Shown one piece after another: positions 7,755 to 16,343 of a DNA stretch of 25,299 nucleotides. The position numbers were made by a program, and so were the translations under genes. Numbering within the stretch: the stretch's first letter is position 1; every line of letters begins with the position of its first letter. The DNA lies in IMG/VR virus record IMGVR_UViG_3300049171_000176, positions 1-25,299 of that record; one strand, written 5' to 3'. This DNA comes from a virus. Its lineage: Duplodnaviria > Caudoviricetes. The notes below the pieces were generated by a model. The model saw nothing but the letters and a program-made list of their open reading frames with translations, was not told where the DNA came from and did no database searches.

Positions 7755-8623
7755 TAGCGGTGCCCGGGGAACGCCTGCCAATTGGCCGCCTCGGCTGCGT
7801 TCCACGCCTTGTGCGACCCGTCGCCGAGCCAGGCGTCGATATCGCCCGTGTAGCCCCAGGGCTTCCACTTGAGCCAGCCCTGCAGCGCCTTCGCGGTCTC
7901 GTCGCCGGGGTCGCCGTCGAGCTTGAGCACCTTGCCGATGGCGCGCTGCGAGTAACCGGAGTCGTTCAGGAAGTCCTGGAACGCGGAGAACATGATCGGC
8001 CCGGGAACGTTGTTGCCCCGATACCGGCCAGTCGCCCGGAGCATCGCGGCGATACCGTTCCAGTTCCAGCTCTTGAGCGTGGCCTTCACGTTCGGGCGAC
8101 CGCTCGCAGCGGGCGCACCTCCCCCGGCCGGCGTGCCTGTCTGGCCGAAGGTGCCGACCCACTTCTTGTGCCACCGCTCGTTGAAGGCATTGCCCTCGTT
8201 CTCGAAGTGATGACGGCCGGCGTTCGCCTGCATCCACTGGTCTCGGCGGGAGCCGGCGCGCGTGACTCCGGCGTCGCCGCCCGTGTCGCGGATGTCGACC
8301 GAGCGAGGACCGTTGGGGCCGGACTCCTGGTGGTTCGACGTGCCGGGCTGAGCGACGGTGCCGGCCGAGGAGATCCGGTACCAGAGCTGACCGTTCCACC
8401 AGCGGGTGTCGTACACGCGCCGGCCCCGGACGTTCCCCGCGGTGACGTACCGCTCGCGGAAGATCTGCTCCTGCTCGGCATCCGTGCGGGTGCCGCTGAC
8501 GATCACGAGCGTAATGCCGGGGAACGCGGCCTCGAAGTCCCGCTTGAGGTTCGCCCAGTCGACGGCCAGCTCGGCGGGGACGCGCTGCCCGTCGACGGTG
8601 ACGTAGTTGTATGCCACGGTCAC
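7754..8623 (-). CDS. Endolysin: M15-family zinc peptidase with a C-terminal peptidoglycan-binding region
   Basis: SGTRT...Q, PGTSNH, SVDI and ERWH motifs; Gly-rich linker; DGDPGDETAKALQGWL cell-wall-binding-type motif. Confidence 0.9.
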   Translation of the reverse strand: MTVAYNYVTVDGQRVPAELAVDWANLKRDFEAAFPGITLVIVSGTRTDAEQEQIFRERYVTAGNVRGRRVYDTRWWNGQLWYRISSAGTVAQPGTSNHQESGPNGPRSVDIRDTGGDAGVTRAGSRRDQWMQANAGRHHFENEGNAFNERWHKKWVGTFGQTGTPAGGGAPAASGRPNVKATLKSWNWNGIAAMLRATGRYRGNNVPGPIMFSAFQDFLNDSGYSQRAIGKVLKLDGDPGDETAKALQGWLKWKPWGYTGDIDAWLGDGSHKAWNAAEAANWQAFPGHR

Positions 8624-8865
8624 TCACCTGCCCCGACGTCGGCACCCTCGGAGGCGTAGACCGTCTCCCCGAGCTGGACCTGCGGGACGAGGACGACGTC
8701 GCCGTTCTCGTCGAGCGCCCAGGCGTCCACTACTCCGTCGCCGTCGATGTCGGCGTTGAGCGGGATCTGCGGGTTCTCGACGCCGTCCGCCTTGTAGGCG
8801 AGCAGCGCCGCCCGGAGAGTGTCGCGGTCCTCTTGCGGCAGCTCCCACGTCTTGTGATCGGTCAT
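8620..8865 (-). CDS. Small acidic protein (81 aa) with a DxDxDG motif
   Basis: ATG 8865 with AAAGGAG; stop overlaps the endolysin start (GTGA); contains DIDGDGVVD. Confidence 0.8.
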   Translation of the reverse strand: MTDHKTWELPQEDRDTLRAALLAYKADGVENPQIPLNADIDGDGVVDAWALDENGDVVLVPQVQLGETVYASEGADVGAGE

Positions 8866-8887
8866 GGTCTTGCTCCTTTCATGGCGA

Positions 8888-8911
8888 AGCCCCCGGCGAC
8901 TGCCGAGGGCT
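8888..8911 (-). terminator. Hairpin between the tail and lysis genes
   Basis: Minus-strand AGCCCUCGGC-AGUC-GCCGGGGGCU, a 10-bp stem with one G-U pair. Confidence 0.55.
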
Positions 8912-8933
8912 GGGTGGTGTGGCGGGTGCGAGG

Positions 8934-9779
8934 TCAGCCGGGAGTGACGAAGGATCCGCCTCGACCGACGCGGAGTTCGGGCAGCGCAGGGAACGCGCCG
9001 CCCTTGCCGACGAAAACGCCGGCCGCTGCGGGGAACCCGCCGCCCTTGCCGACGTAGAACGCCGACTTGGTCGTGAGCGCAATCGACGACCAGGCGCCGA
9101 CTCCGTAGTTCGTTTCCGCTGCGATGTAGACGTGATAGGTCGTCGCGGGCTTGAGCGCCGGAGCGCCGGGAACGGCGCCGCCCTGCGGGCTCGTGTACCC
9201 GTTCGAGCCCAGGTCCTTCCACACGAGCGGGTTGTTCGACCCGTTGATCTCGTACCAGTCGGCGATGTAGCGGATGAACGACGACCCTCGAAAGTCGGCT
9301 GGCGCGGCGTAGGTGACGGCGGCACTGTTCGGAGTGATGTCGACCGCCCGCAGGTCTCGCGGCGCGGTCGGCGGCTTCGGGATGCGTCCGGGAGCACCGA
9401 TCGATCCGTAATGCGTCTCGTTGACGTTCCCATAGCGGACGACCATCGCGAGGCCGACGTTGTAGAGGTAGCCGTTCGCGTCGTGCTCGTACCAGACGTC
9501 CGCGACATGGTCGTGCCAGCGGGTCGCGCCGTTCGGGTAGCCGCTCGGGAGGAACGGGTTCCCCTCGTGCCAGCCGACCCGGCCCTTATGGTCGGCGTGT
9601 GCTTCCTGGATGCCGTAGCCGCCGAAGCTCGAGCCGGTCGATCCGCCCGGACCGTTCGCGGAGCGGAGCCACACCCGCAGGCACGACGAGTTGCCGCTCT
9701 GCGCGACCCAGTCCGCCTCGAGCCAGAACGACGTCGCCGGGCTCGACTTCTGGAGAGGTCCGATTCGTACAGTGCCCAC
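8934..9779 (-). CDS. Minor tail protein with a fibronectin type III domain (281 aa)
   Basis: GTG 9779 with AAGGAGG; FN3 pattern PTAPRDLRAVDITPNSAAVTY...LKPATTYHVYIAAETNYGVGAWS. Confidence 0.85.
   Translation of the reverse strand: MGTVRIGPLQKSSPATSFWLEADWVAQSGNSSCLRVWLRSANGPGGSTGSSFGGYGIQEAHADHKGRVGWHEGNPFLPSGYPNGATRWHDHVADVWYEHDANGYLYNVGLAMVVRYGNVNETHYGSIGAPGRIPKPPTAPRDLRAVDITPNSAAVTYAAPADFRGSSFIRYIADWYEINGSNNPLVWKDLGSNGYTSPQGGAVPGAPALKPATTYHVYIAAETNYGVGAWSSIALTTKSAFYVGKGGGFPAAAGVFVGKGGAFPALPELRVGRGGSFVTPG
8989..9054. repeat. 42-bp-period coding repeat (VGKGG.FP)
   Basis: gggaacgcgccgcccttgccgacg (8989-9012) and gggaacccgccgcccttgccgacg (9031-9054); a third, degenerate copy encodes VGRGGSF. 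Confidence 0.75.
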
Positions 9780-9789
9780 TACGGCCTCC

Positions 9790-10422
9790 TTACGGCTTAG
9801 CCCAGAGCAGGCCCTCGGCGTACGGCGGGGCGCTGGCGCCGACGTACACCGAGTCCGGCACCCACGTCGGCAGCCCCGCGGTGTTGAACGCGAGGACCCA
9901 CGTGATGCCCTGGATCCACACGCGGGTGCCGATCCGAGTGAGGTAGTCACGGGCGAGGAGGTCCTTCGCGACCACGCCGCCGTCGCCGTGCCAGCAGCGG
10001 AGGTCGATCATCTCCTGTGGCGCGGTCTGGCCGGCCGCGAATCGGACGAGCGCCAGCGGCTGGTCGTCCTTCGATCCGGGCTCGTCCTCCCGCGTCGCCG
10101 GCAATGCCTTCGTCGACGAGCCCGGGATAAGGACTGGCACCGTCTCCGAAGTCGTCCAGTCCCGGCGCAGTGCGATCAGGTCCCACCGCGACCCGGCACC
10201 GACCGTCGCTCCGACGAGCGAGACAGGAGCGTCGTTGTCATCGAGGATGCCCTGCCCTGCAGCACGTCCGGGCCCGACCCGGACCTCGCGATCGCCAGAT
10301 CCGAACGACACCGCTAAGGCGTCCGGCCCGAACACTGAGTACTGCGCGCCGAGATGGCTCGTCAGCACCGCCCAGTCGGCATAGTTGACGGTCCCCTCGT
10401 AGCCCTTCGAGATGATGGCCAC
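9790..10422 (-). CDS. Minor tail (baseplate upper-type) protein (210 aa)
   Basis: GTG 10422 lies 2 nt after the hub stop; V.VGPGRAAGQG, RWDLIALRRDW and QPLALVR..AG...IDLR pattern typical of actinophage post-hub proteins. Confidence 0.8.
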   Translation of the reverse strand: MAIISKGYEGTVNYADWAVLTSHLGAQYSVFGPDALAVSFGSGDREVRVGPGRAAGQGILDDNDAPVSLVGATVGAGSRWDLIALRRDWTTSETVPVLIPGSSTKALPATREDEPGSKDDQPLALVRFAAGQTAPQEMIDLRCWHGDGGVVAKDLLARDYLTRIGTRVWIQGITWVLAFNTAGLPTWVPDSVYVGASAPPYAEGLLWAKP

Positions 10423-10424
10423 AG

Positions 10425-11570
10425 CTACCTCTTCTCCAGACCGCGCACGGCGGTCGCAACGTTCTTGACGAATCCGACGAGACGCTCTGTCGGGTCCTCG
10501 GTCGCGAGCCCGACCTTCGGCACGACGACGAACCCCGTCCGGGTGTCGTGCGTGATGTCCACCTGACTGATGACGTCCTCGACGTCGAGCGCGCCGACCT
10601 GGACGCGCACCTTGTCGCCCAGCTCGTAGCCGTCGGCGAACCGGAACCACGACGTCTCGCGGAGGGTTGCCGTCAGGCCCGCCTTCCCGCGGTGCTTCGC
10701 GAGTTCGGCCCACCCGTACGGCGCGAGGTCGGCGCCCTCCTCGGCGTTTCGCGCGTCGACGTAGATCTCCAGTGCGACGCCTAGTTCTGCCTCGAGCGCC
10801 GTGTCGACGACGAGAGCGAACTGACGCGCCGTCCCATCGCCGCGCCCACCGACGACGGCGCGGGTCGCGGTCGGCGGCTGCTTGACCCACGACCAGCGCG
10901 AGAGCACGCCGGACTGCGGAGTGATCGGCCGCGGGAACGTCTCGCCTTCGCGCACGTCGACGAGCCATCGGTTCGTCGTCTCGTCCAAGTCGTGCGTGAG
11001 CTGCAGTCGATCGTTGATCAGCGGAGCCACGATCTTGTCGCCTAGCTCGTGCATCCGTACCTCGAGCGGTTGCTGCACTGTGCCGAGGCCAAGCGCCGGA
11101 GCGACATCCCACGGACGACCGAGCCGCGCGGCGTTCGCCGCGATCGCCGCTTTCGCGTTCTCCTCGGACGTGCCGGTGTATCGCGCGTACTCCGCCGCGC
11201 CTTGCCCGCCGATTGCCGCGCCAGGCACCTGCCAGCCGAGCATCGTCGCGAGGTCCTGCCAATCGTCGACGACCGGTACCGTGACGGTGCCGAACGGGGC
11301 GTCCTCTCCGGCGACAGCGCCGACTCGGCCGGTGAGCAGGCGTCGCTTCGCGAGCGTCCCGCCGTCGATTGTCACCATCCACACCGCGCAGCGCGCCCCG
11401 TCCTCACCGACGAGAGTCGGAAGGATCGCGTGGTTGTCGGGCAGCGTGAGGTACGCCGCCGAGGCAGCGTTCCACCGGAGCGTCGCCTGCGTCTTGGCTG
11501 GCGCGACTTGGCGCACGAATCCGTTGGAGGCGTCGAGGAACTGGGCGACGACGAACTGGCGGCGAACCAT
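10425..11570 (-). CDS. Baseplate hub / Gp37-like minor tail protein
   Basis: Follows Dit; ATRAVVGGRGDGTARQF, YVDAR, YELGDKVRV and a C-terminal coiled tail VRGLEKR. Confidence 0.85.
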   Translation of the reverse strand: MVRRQFVVAQFLDASNGFVRQVAPAKTQATLRWNAASAAYLTLPDNHAILPTLVGEDGARCAVWMVTIDGGTLAKRRLLTGRVGAVAGEDAPFGTVTVPVVDDWQDLATMLGWQVPGAAIGGQGAAEYARYTGTSEENAKAAIAANAARLGRPWDVAPALGLGTVQQPLEVRMHELGDKIVAPLINDRLQLTHDLDETTNRWLVDVREGETFPRPITPQSGVLSRWSWVKQPPTATRAVVGGRGDGTARQFALVVDTALEAELGVALEIYVDARNAEEGADLAPYGWAELAKHRGKAGLTATLRETSWFRFADGYELGDKVRVQVGALDVEDVISQVDITHDTRTGFVVVPKVGLATEDPTERLVGFVKNVATAVRGLEKR

Positions 11571-12481
11571 CAGAACGCCCTCCAGTACAGCGGGACCAGC
11601 TCGGCTCGTACTCGCCCTTGTCCGGCTGCGGCAATCACCAGCGGCGAGGTGCCGCGGGCGGGGACTGGAGCGAACATTTGGAAGCCCAGCTCTCGCGTGA
11701 CGTCGAGGCCGTCGAGCGTGGCGTACTGCCCGGCAGGGTCAGTGTCGATGACGAGCGTCGACTCGTCCGGCACGGGGAATGGGACCTCGATGATTGCGCC
11801 GCCGACGCCGAGCTGCACCTCCGATGCCGGCCCCTGGACGGTCCACACCAGGTAGGCCGGCTCGTTGCCGGGGTTTTGGATCTCGGCCTGTTGAAACGTC
11901 GCTGCAGGCGAGACGTAGAAGTCCGGTGCGCCTTCGGGCGGGATGAAGTCCGACCCTTCATCCGCTCCGAACTCCTGCGCGACGGGGCGACCGCGCCACA
12001 GCGGGCGGGGTGCCTCGAGCGAGATTCCGATGACGGCTCGTCCTGTCACGAACGGGTCGTGCTGGAACGAGTACGACCCGTCGAACACACCTGTCAGTGG
12101 GAGAGTGCGAGCCTCGCGTCCCTCGCCGACCGTCCATACGCCGGTCTCGACCGGATGGAACGAGTCGAAGAATGCAGCGTGATCCTGCTCCCAGTCCTCG
12201 ACTGTCGCCGCCCGGAACAGCAGCGGCCAGTACACCTCACGCTCGGGGAGCGAGTAGCCCATCAGTTCCACGCCCGAGACGAGCGGAGAGGACGACTTCT
12301 GTACGTTCATCTGCGGCATGTGCAGGCCCTGCACGCCCGGCGCCAGCCGGGGGTTCTTAGCCTGCGGCCGGGTGAGAGGCCACACCGATCCGTCGAACCC
12401 CGTCCACGTCATCCGGCGAGGCCGTCGACCGCCCGGCGCATCGCCGGACGACGCAGCCGGGGCAGCGAACACGATCGGCAT
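11570..12481 (-). CDS. Distal tail protein (Dit)
   Basis: Immediately after the TMP; WTGFDGSVW.L start, I.NPGNEPAY.VW.V.GP and LVIDTDP motifs. Confidence 0.85.
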   Translation of the reverse strand: MPIVFAAPAASSGDAPGGRRPRRMTWTGFDGSVWPLTRPQAKNPRLAPGVQGLHMPQMNVQKSSSPLVSGVELMGYSLPEREVYWPLLFRAATVEDWEQDHAAFFDSFHPVETGVWTVGEGREARTLPLTGVFDGSYSFQHDPFVTGRAVIGISLEAPRPLWRGRPVAQEFGADEGSDFIPPEGAPDFYVSPAATFQQAEIQNPGNEPAYLVWTVQGPASEVQLGVGGAIIEVPFPVPDESTLVIDTDPAGQYATLDGLDVTRELGFQMFAPVPARGTSPLVIAAAGQGRVRAELVPLYWRAF

Positions 12482-12490
12482 AGGAACCTC

Positions 12491-15400
12491 CTACTGAGTC
12501 GGCGGCAGCGAATCGAGCGCACGGGTGAGCCCGAGCTTCTGCTCGCGCGCGATGTCCCGCGGGTCGTACGCGTAGTTGTCGCCGTTGTGGATGACCTGGA
12601 TCGGCGGCATGGTCGACGGCCCGGGACCGGACGGTGACGGCGCACCGGCCAGACCCTCGTCGGGTCCACCGGGCATCCGGCGCAGCGCTTCCATGAGGAT
12701 CGCCCAGGAGCGCGCCGAGCCGTCGAGAGGCACGTACGCCTCCGGCACGTCGCCGCGATCGCCGACTACTCGCCATGTGTTCGCGGGCACCATCTGCGCG
12801 ACGGACTGCATCGGGCTCAAGCCCGGGATGCCACCCGCGGCCATGAACTCGAGCACGCCGCCCATCGCCTGCTGCGCCATTCCCCGGCCACCACCGCCGC
12901 CCGAGTTGATGGCGTCGATGTACATGTTGAATCGGCGTCCGGCGTTCCTGCGGATGAAGTCCTCGACGGAATTCTGTGCCGGCGATGTGTCCGCTCGGAC
13001 CACGACCGACCCGTCCGGGAGGGTGGTGATCCGGTCGGCGAGGGACTGCACTCTGCCCTGCTCCGAAGGGGCGTTCGACGAGAACGCCGTCGTCGCCGAC
13101 TCGGGCGTCTGCAGCACCGTGTCGATCAGCGATCGAGCCTGCTCCTCGGTGAGGCCCATCTGTGTGAGCTGCCCGACGAGCGCCGACGTCGCAGTGTTGT
13201 ACCGACCGGCGAGCTGCTCCTGCGACTCCCCCGCCATGTCCGCGGCGTAGATCTCATCCGAGAGCGCGGCGATCGCGTTGCGGACCTGACTCTCGAGCTG
13301 ACGCCCGGCCTCAGTCGCACCGAGGTTCGCCAGCTCGATCCCGTTCAGCGAGATCTGCGAGCCGTCCGCGGCGTACCCGATTTCGTCGATCGCCCCAGCG
13401 AGCCGGAGCGAAGCGTCGTTCAGGTAGCCCATCGCCACCGCGGGCTCGCCGAACTGATTCAGCTTGTCCCGTGCGGCATCGAGCGCCCCGCCGACCTGCT
13501 CGCGCATGGTGTCCGCGGTCGTCGACGTCGAGTCCTCGAACTCGCGCATCCCGTCGACCATCTCCTGGATACCGTCGGCCGCGTCGTTCTGACCGAGCCA
13601 GCGCATGAGGGACGCAAGCCCCTCCGCGGCATCCGCGAGCGGACCCGACACGAACTCTCCGAAAGCCTCCGTTCCGGATGCCGCCGACTCGAGCATCGAC
13701 TCTCCGAAGTCAAGAGCCCCGTTCGCGAGGTCGAGGAAGAACTGCAGCATCGGGCCACGGTTCGACGCGATCCAATCCGCGGCATCCCCGAGCGGGTCCG
13801 CGAACGCCGACGCGAGAGCACCCTGGATTCCCTGGGCAGCGACCTCGATGTTCCGCCGTGCACGCTCGACGCGCGAGGCGTCGTTGTCAGCGAGCGTGTT
13901 GTACATCGCCTCCGCTGCGCCGGCCACTCCGTTGAGGGAGTCGACTGCGGTCGAGAGGTCCATCGCGAACAGCGCGTCTCCGAGGTCCTCGGCTTTGGTG
14001 CCGAACAGCTCGACGGCCGCAGCGTTCCGGATCACCGGGTCCTCGATGGCGCGGAGCCCGTCGAGCGTCTGCTGCAGACCCTCTCGTGCGGAGTCGCCAC
14101 CAGCGGCGATCTTCGCCGTCATCTCCTCCGCGGAGAGACCGAGCCGCTCGAAGCCGCGAGCCGAGGACTCCGACCCATCGGTCGCCCGGATCTGGAACTC
14201 CTTGAGCGCGTCGGCCGCGACGTCGGTGTTCCGAGCGCCGGCCTCCAAACCCTGGTTGATCAGGCCGAGCATCTCTTCGCCCGTGAGCCCGAGCCGGCGC
14301 AGCACGACCGGATACTCGGTCAGCGTGTCGAGGAGGTCCTCGTTCCGGTTCAGTCCCTCACGAGCGCCGGCCGCGAGGAGGTCATACGCCTCTTTGGCGG
14401 ATGCCGCCATGCCGGTGCGGAGCAGAGTCGCGACGGCGGTCGCCGTGGGCTGCACGTCCTCCTCGAGGACGTCGGCGATACCGGCGAGTCCCTCGACGAC
14501 CTTCTGCGACTCGCGGGCCGTGGCGTCACCGTCGATCAGGTTGAACTGCAGCGCCAGGCGCGAGGTGTTCATATTCGACTCGATGGACTCGCCGAAGCCG
14601 TTCGCGTACGCCTCGCCGGCAGCGCGGGCGAACCGGGCAGCGTCGTCCTCGGTGATGCCGGTCAGCGCCTGCAGTCGGTCCTGCCGCACCTCGACCTGTA
14701 GTGCGTCGTTGAACGAGTCGACGAGCTGGTCGCCGATCGCCTGCCCGATGGAGACCACGGCGCCCGCGACCGGGATCGATGCGAGACCGGCGACGATTCC
14801 CGTCAGGAGACCAGCGCCGCCGCGGCGACCACCGTCCTCCCCTGCGTCCTCGGCGAAGTCGGCGACGTCCTGGAGCTTCTGCTTCGCGCCGCCCTCGTTG
14901 ACGTCGACGATCATCGTCGCCCGTGCGCCCTGCAAATCCTTGAGCGCTGCCTCGGCGCCGGCCAGGCGAGCCTCGGCCTGGGCGACGTCGGCGGTCACGT
15001 CGACGGTCGGCGACAGCGACTGCAGGTAGTCGATCTCGGAGCGGATGTCGGCGACGGCCCGCTCGGCGTTCGCGACGTTCGCGTTCACCCGGAGGGCGAC
15101 GTCGCGGGAGACGAGCTGCTTCGCCTCGCGGTCGACCTCCTGCAGCGCGGCCAGAGCCTGCGCAGGGTCGGCCTCGATCTCGATATTCGACCGTGCGGTG
15201 CGGAGTCGCTCGATCTGCGTCTCGAGGCGCTGCACCTGCTGCTCGGCGCGGCGCACGTCGGCGGTCACGTCGATCCCGCCCTCGGCTCGGACCGCAAGGT
15301 CCTCGAGACGGTTCTTCGCGCGGTCGAGGTTCTTCTCGGCCCGCTCGATGTCGGCCTCGACCTTGAGCACGGCCCGCTCGGAGACGAGCTTCTTGGCCTC

Positions 15401-15574
15401 GGTCTCGACCTTGTCCATCATGTCCAGCGCGCCGGTAGCGTCACCGTCGACCTTCGCGACGATCGGCTTCTTCTCGATCCGCTCGCCGGTCGCCCTGACG
15501 TTCTTCTCAGCCCGTCCCGCGTCCGAGTCGTCGACGGTCAGCAGCACCTCGATTGCACCGACACGGGTGGTCAT
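12491..15574 (-). CDS. Tape measure protein (1027 aa)
   Basis: Longest ORF, after the chaperones; Ala-rich helical; core motifs DLLDTLTEY, ADALKEFQIR and AAVELFGTKAEDLG; C-terminal A.GG...GDRG..PEAYVPL motif. Confidence 0.95.
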   Translation of the reverse strand: MTTRVGAIEVLLTVDDSDAGRAEKNVRATGERIEKKPIVAKVDGDATGALDMMDKVETEAKKLVSERAVLKVEADIERAEKNLDRAKNRLEDLAVRAEGGIDVTADVRRAEQQVQRLETQIERLRTARSNIEIEADPAQALAALQEVDREAKQLVSRDVALRVNANVANAERAVADIRSEIDYLQSLSPTVDVTADVAQAEARLAGAEAALKDLQGARATMIVDVNEGGAKQKLQDVADFAEDAGEDGGRRGGAGLLTGIVAGLASIPVAGAVVSIGQAIGDQLVDSFNDALQVEVRQDRLQALTGITEDDAARFARAAGEAYANGFGESIESNMNTSRLALQFNLIDGDATARESQKVVEGLAGIADVLEEDVQPTATAVATLLRTGMAASAKEAYDLLAAGAREGLNRNEDLLDTLTEYPVVLRRLGLTGEEMLGLINQGLEAGARNTDVAADALKEFQIRATDGSESSARGFERLGLSAEEMTAKIAAGGDSAREGLQQTLDGLRAIEDPVIRNAAAVELFGTKAEDLGDALFAMDLSTAVDSLNGVAGAAEAMYNTLADNDASRVERARRNIEVAAQGIQGALASAFADPLGDAADWIASNRGPMLQFFLDLANGALDFGESMLESAASGTEAFGEFVSGPLADAAEGLASLMRWLGQNDAADGIQEMVDGMREFEDSTSTTADTMREQVGGALDAARDKLNQFGEPAVAMGYLNDASLRLAGAIDEIGYAADGSQISLNGIELANLGATEAGRQLESQVRNAIAALSDEIYAADMAGESQEQLAGRYNTATSALVGQLTQMGLTEEQARSLIDTVLQTPESATTAFSSNAPSEQGRVQSLADRITTLPDGSVVVRADTSPAQNSVEDFIRRNAGRRFNMYIDAINSGGGGGRGMAQQAMGGVLEFMAAGGIPGLSPMQSVAQMVPANTWRVVGDRGDVPEAYVPLDGSARSWAILMEALRRMPGGPDEGLAGAPSPSGPGPSTMPPIQVIHNGDNYAYDPRDIAREQKLGLTRALDSLPPTQ

Positions 15575-15577
15575 GAA

Positions 15578-15912
15578 TCACCTCCGGGTGAGAGCGCGCC
15601 GCAGCCGCGAGGTGGACTCGGGCTCGAGCAGGCTGAATAGCTTCGTGCGGATGCCGGGCCACGGCCGAGCACGGACGGCGGGGTCGTACAGGTCGATCCC
15701 CGCGTCGATGAGGTCGGCGACGACGAGCCGCCAGTGGGAGACGATGGCGAGCAGCGACGAGTCGATCGTCGGCGCCTCGTCCGGGGTGGAGACCGCGGAG
15801 GGTGCTTCGGGCAGGAGTTCTTGCGGCACCGGCATGTAGTCCGGATACCAGCCCTCTTCGTCGGGTTCACCGATTCCGTAAGGCGCCCAGTCCTCCGCGG
15901 TCTCTAGCCTTT
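15578..15912 (-). CDS. Frameshifted C-terminal part of the tail assembly chaperone (gpGT-like)
   Basis: Protein-like sequence in the -1 frame starts at the slippery site (PKRLETAEDW...WRLVVADL...GIDLYDP...PWPGIR...SRLRRAL). Confidence 0.85.
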
Positions 15913-16341
15913 TGGGGCGGGTGCCGCCGCAGACTTCACACCCTGTTCCGCGTCCGCCTGCGCCCACAGGAGCACCGCAAGATTGCGGGCGTACTCCTCG
16001 CCCCTCGCCCAGTGAAAGATCGCGTAGTACGCCGCCCTGGCGATGGTTGCGGCGTTGATCCCCTTCGCCTTCATCTCGTCGAACGCGTCGCCGAGGGCGG
16101 GGTGATCCTCGGGCTTGACCGTCGCGAGCACGTCGAGGATCGGCTGCGGGATCTCCGTCTCTTTGGGGACGATGCCGAGGTTCACCTCGCCGCGGACTGC
16201 GAGAGCGAGAACCTTCGACATGTCGTCCACCGTCGGGGGGCGCACCGTAATGGTGTGCCCCCCGACGCCCTCGGCATTCGCGCCGAGGTTCTTGAACACG
16301 AGATCCGGCGCCGCCCACTCCGCGAAGTCGACAGCGCTCAC
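15904..16341 (-). CDS. Tail assembly chaperone (gpG-like)
   Basis: Lies between major tail and TMP; ends in the slippery heptamer. Confidence 0.88.
   Translation of the reverse strand: MSAVDFAEWAAPDLVFKNLGANAEGVGGHTITVRPPTVDDMSKVLALAVRGEVNLGIVPKETEIPQPILDVLATVKPEDHPALGDAFDEMKAKGINAATIARAAYYAIFHWARGEEYARNLAVLLWAQADAEQGVKSAAAPAPKG
15910..15916 (-). other. -1 programmed ribosomal frameshift site C CCA AAA
   Basis: In-frame GCC CCA AAA GGC TAG matches X XXY YYZ; a -1 slip gives CCC AAA AGG CTA GAG into the downstream ORF. Confidence 0.85.
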
Positions 16342-16343
16342 GC

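Noticed and set aside
2880-10422. Diversity-generating retroelement or invertible tail-fibre cassette
   Set aside because: No reverse transcriptase or invertase, and I saw no template/variable repeat pair or flanking inverted sites; a self dot-plot would be needed to exclude it fully.
13605-15029. Long plus-strand ORFs antisense to structural genes (e.g. 13605-15029, 22186-23844, 4060-5367, 20294-21589)
   Set aside because: Shadow ORFs expected in high-GC DNA; Ser/Arg/Ala-rich with no motifs, and fully overlapping well-supported minus-strand genes.
15913-16318. N-terminal part of the 246-aa ORF 15578..16318 as an independent gene
   Set aside because: Arg/Gly-rich out-of-frame overlap with the chaperone; only the part after the slippery site looks like protein.
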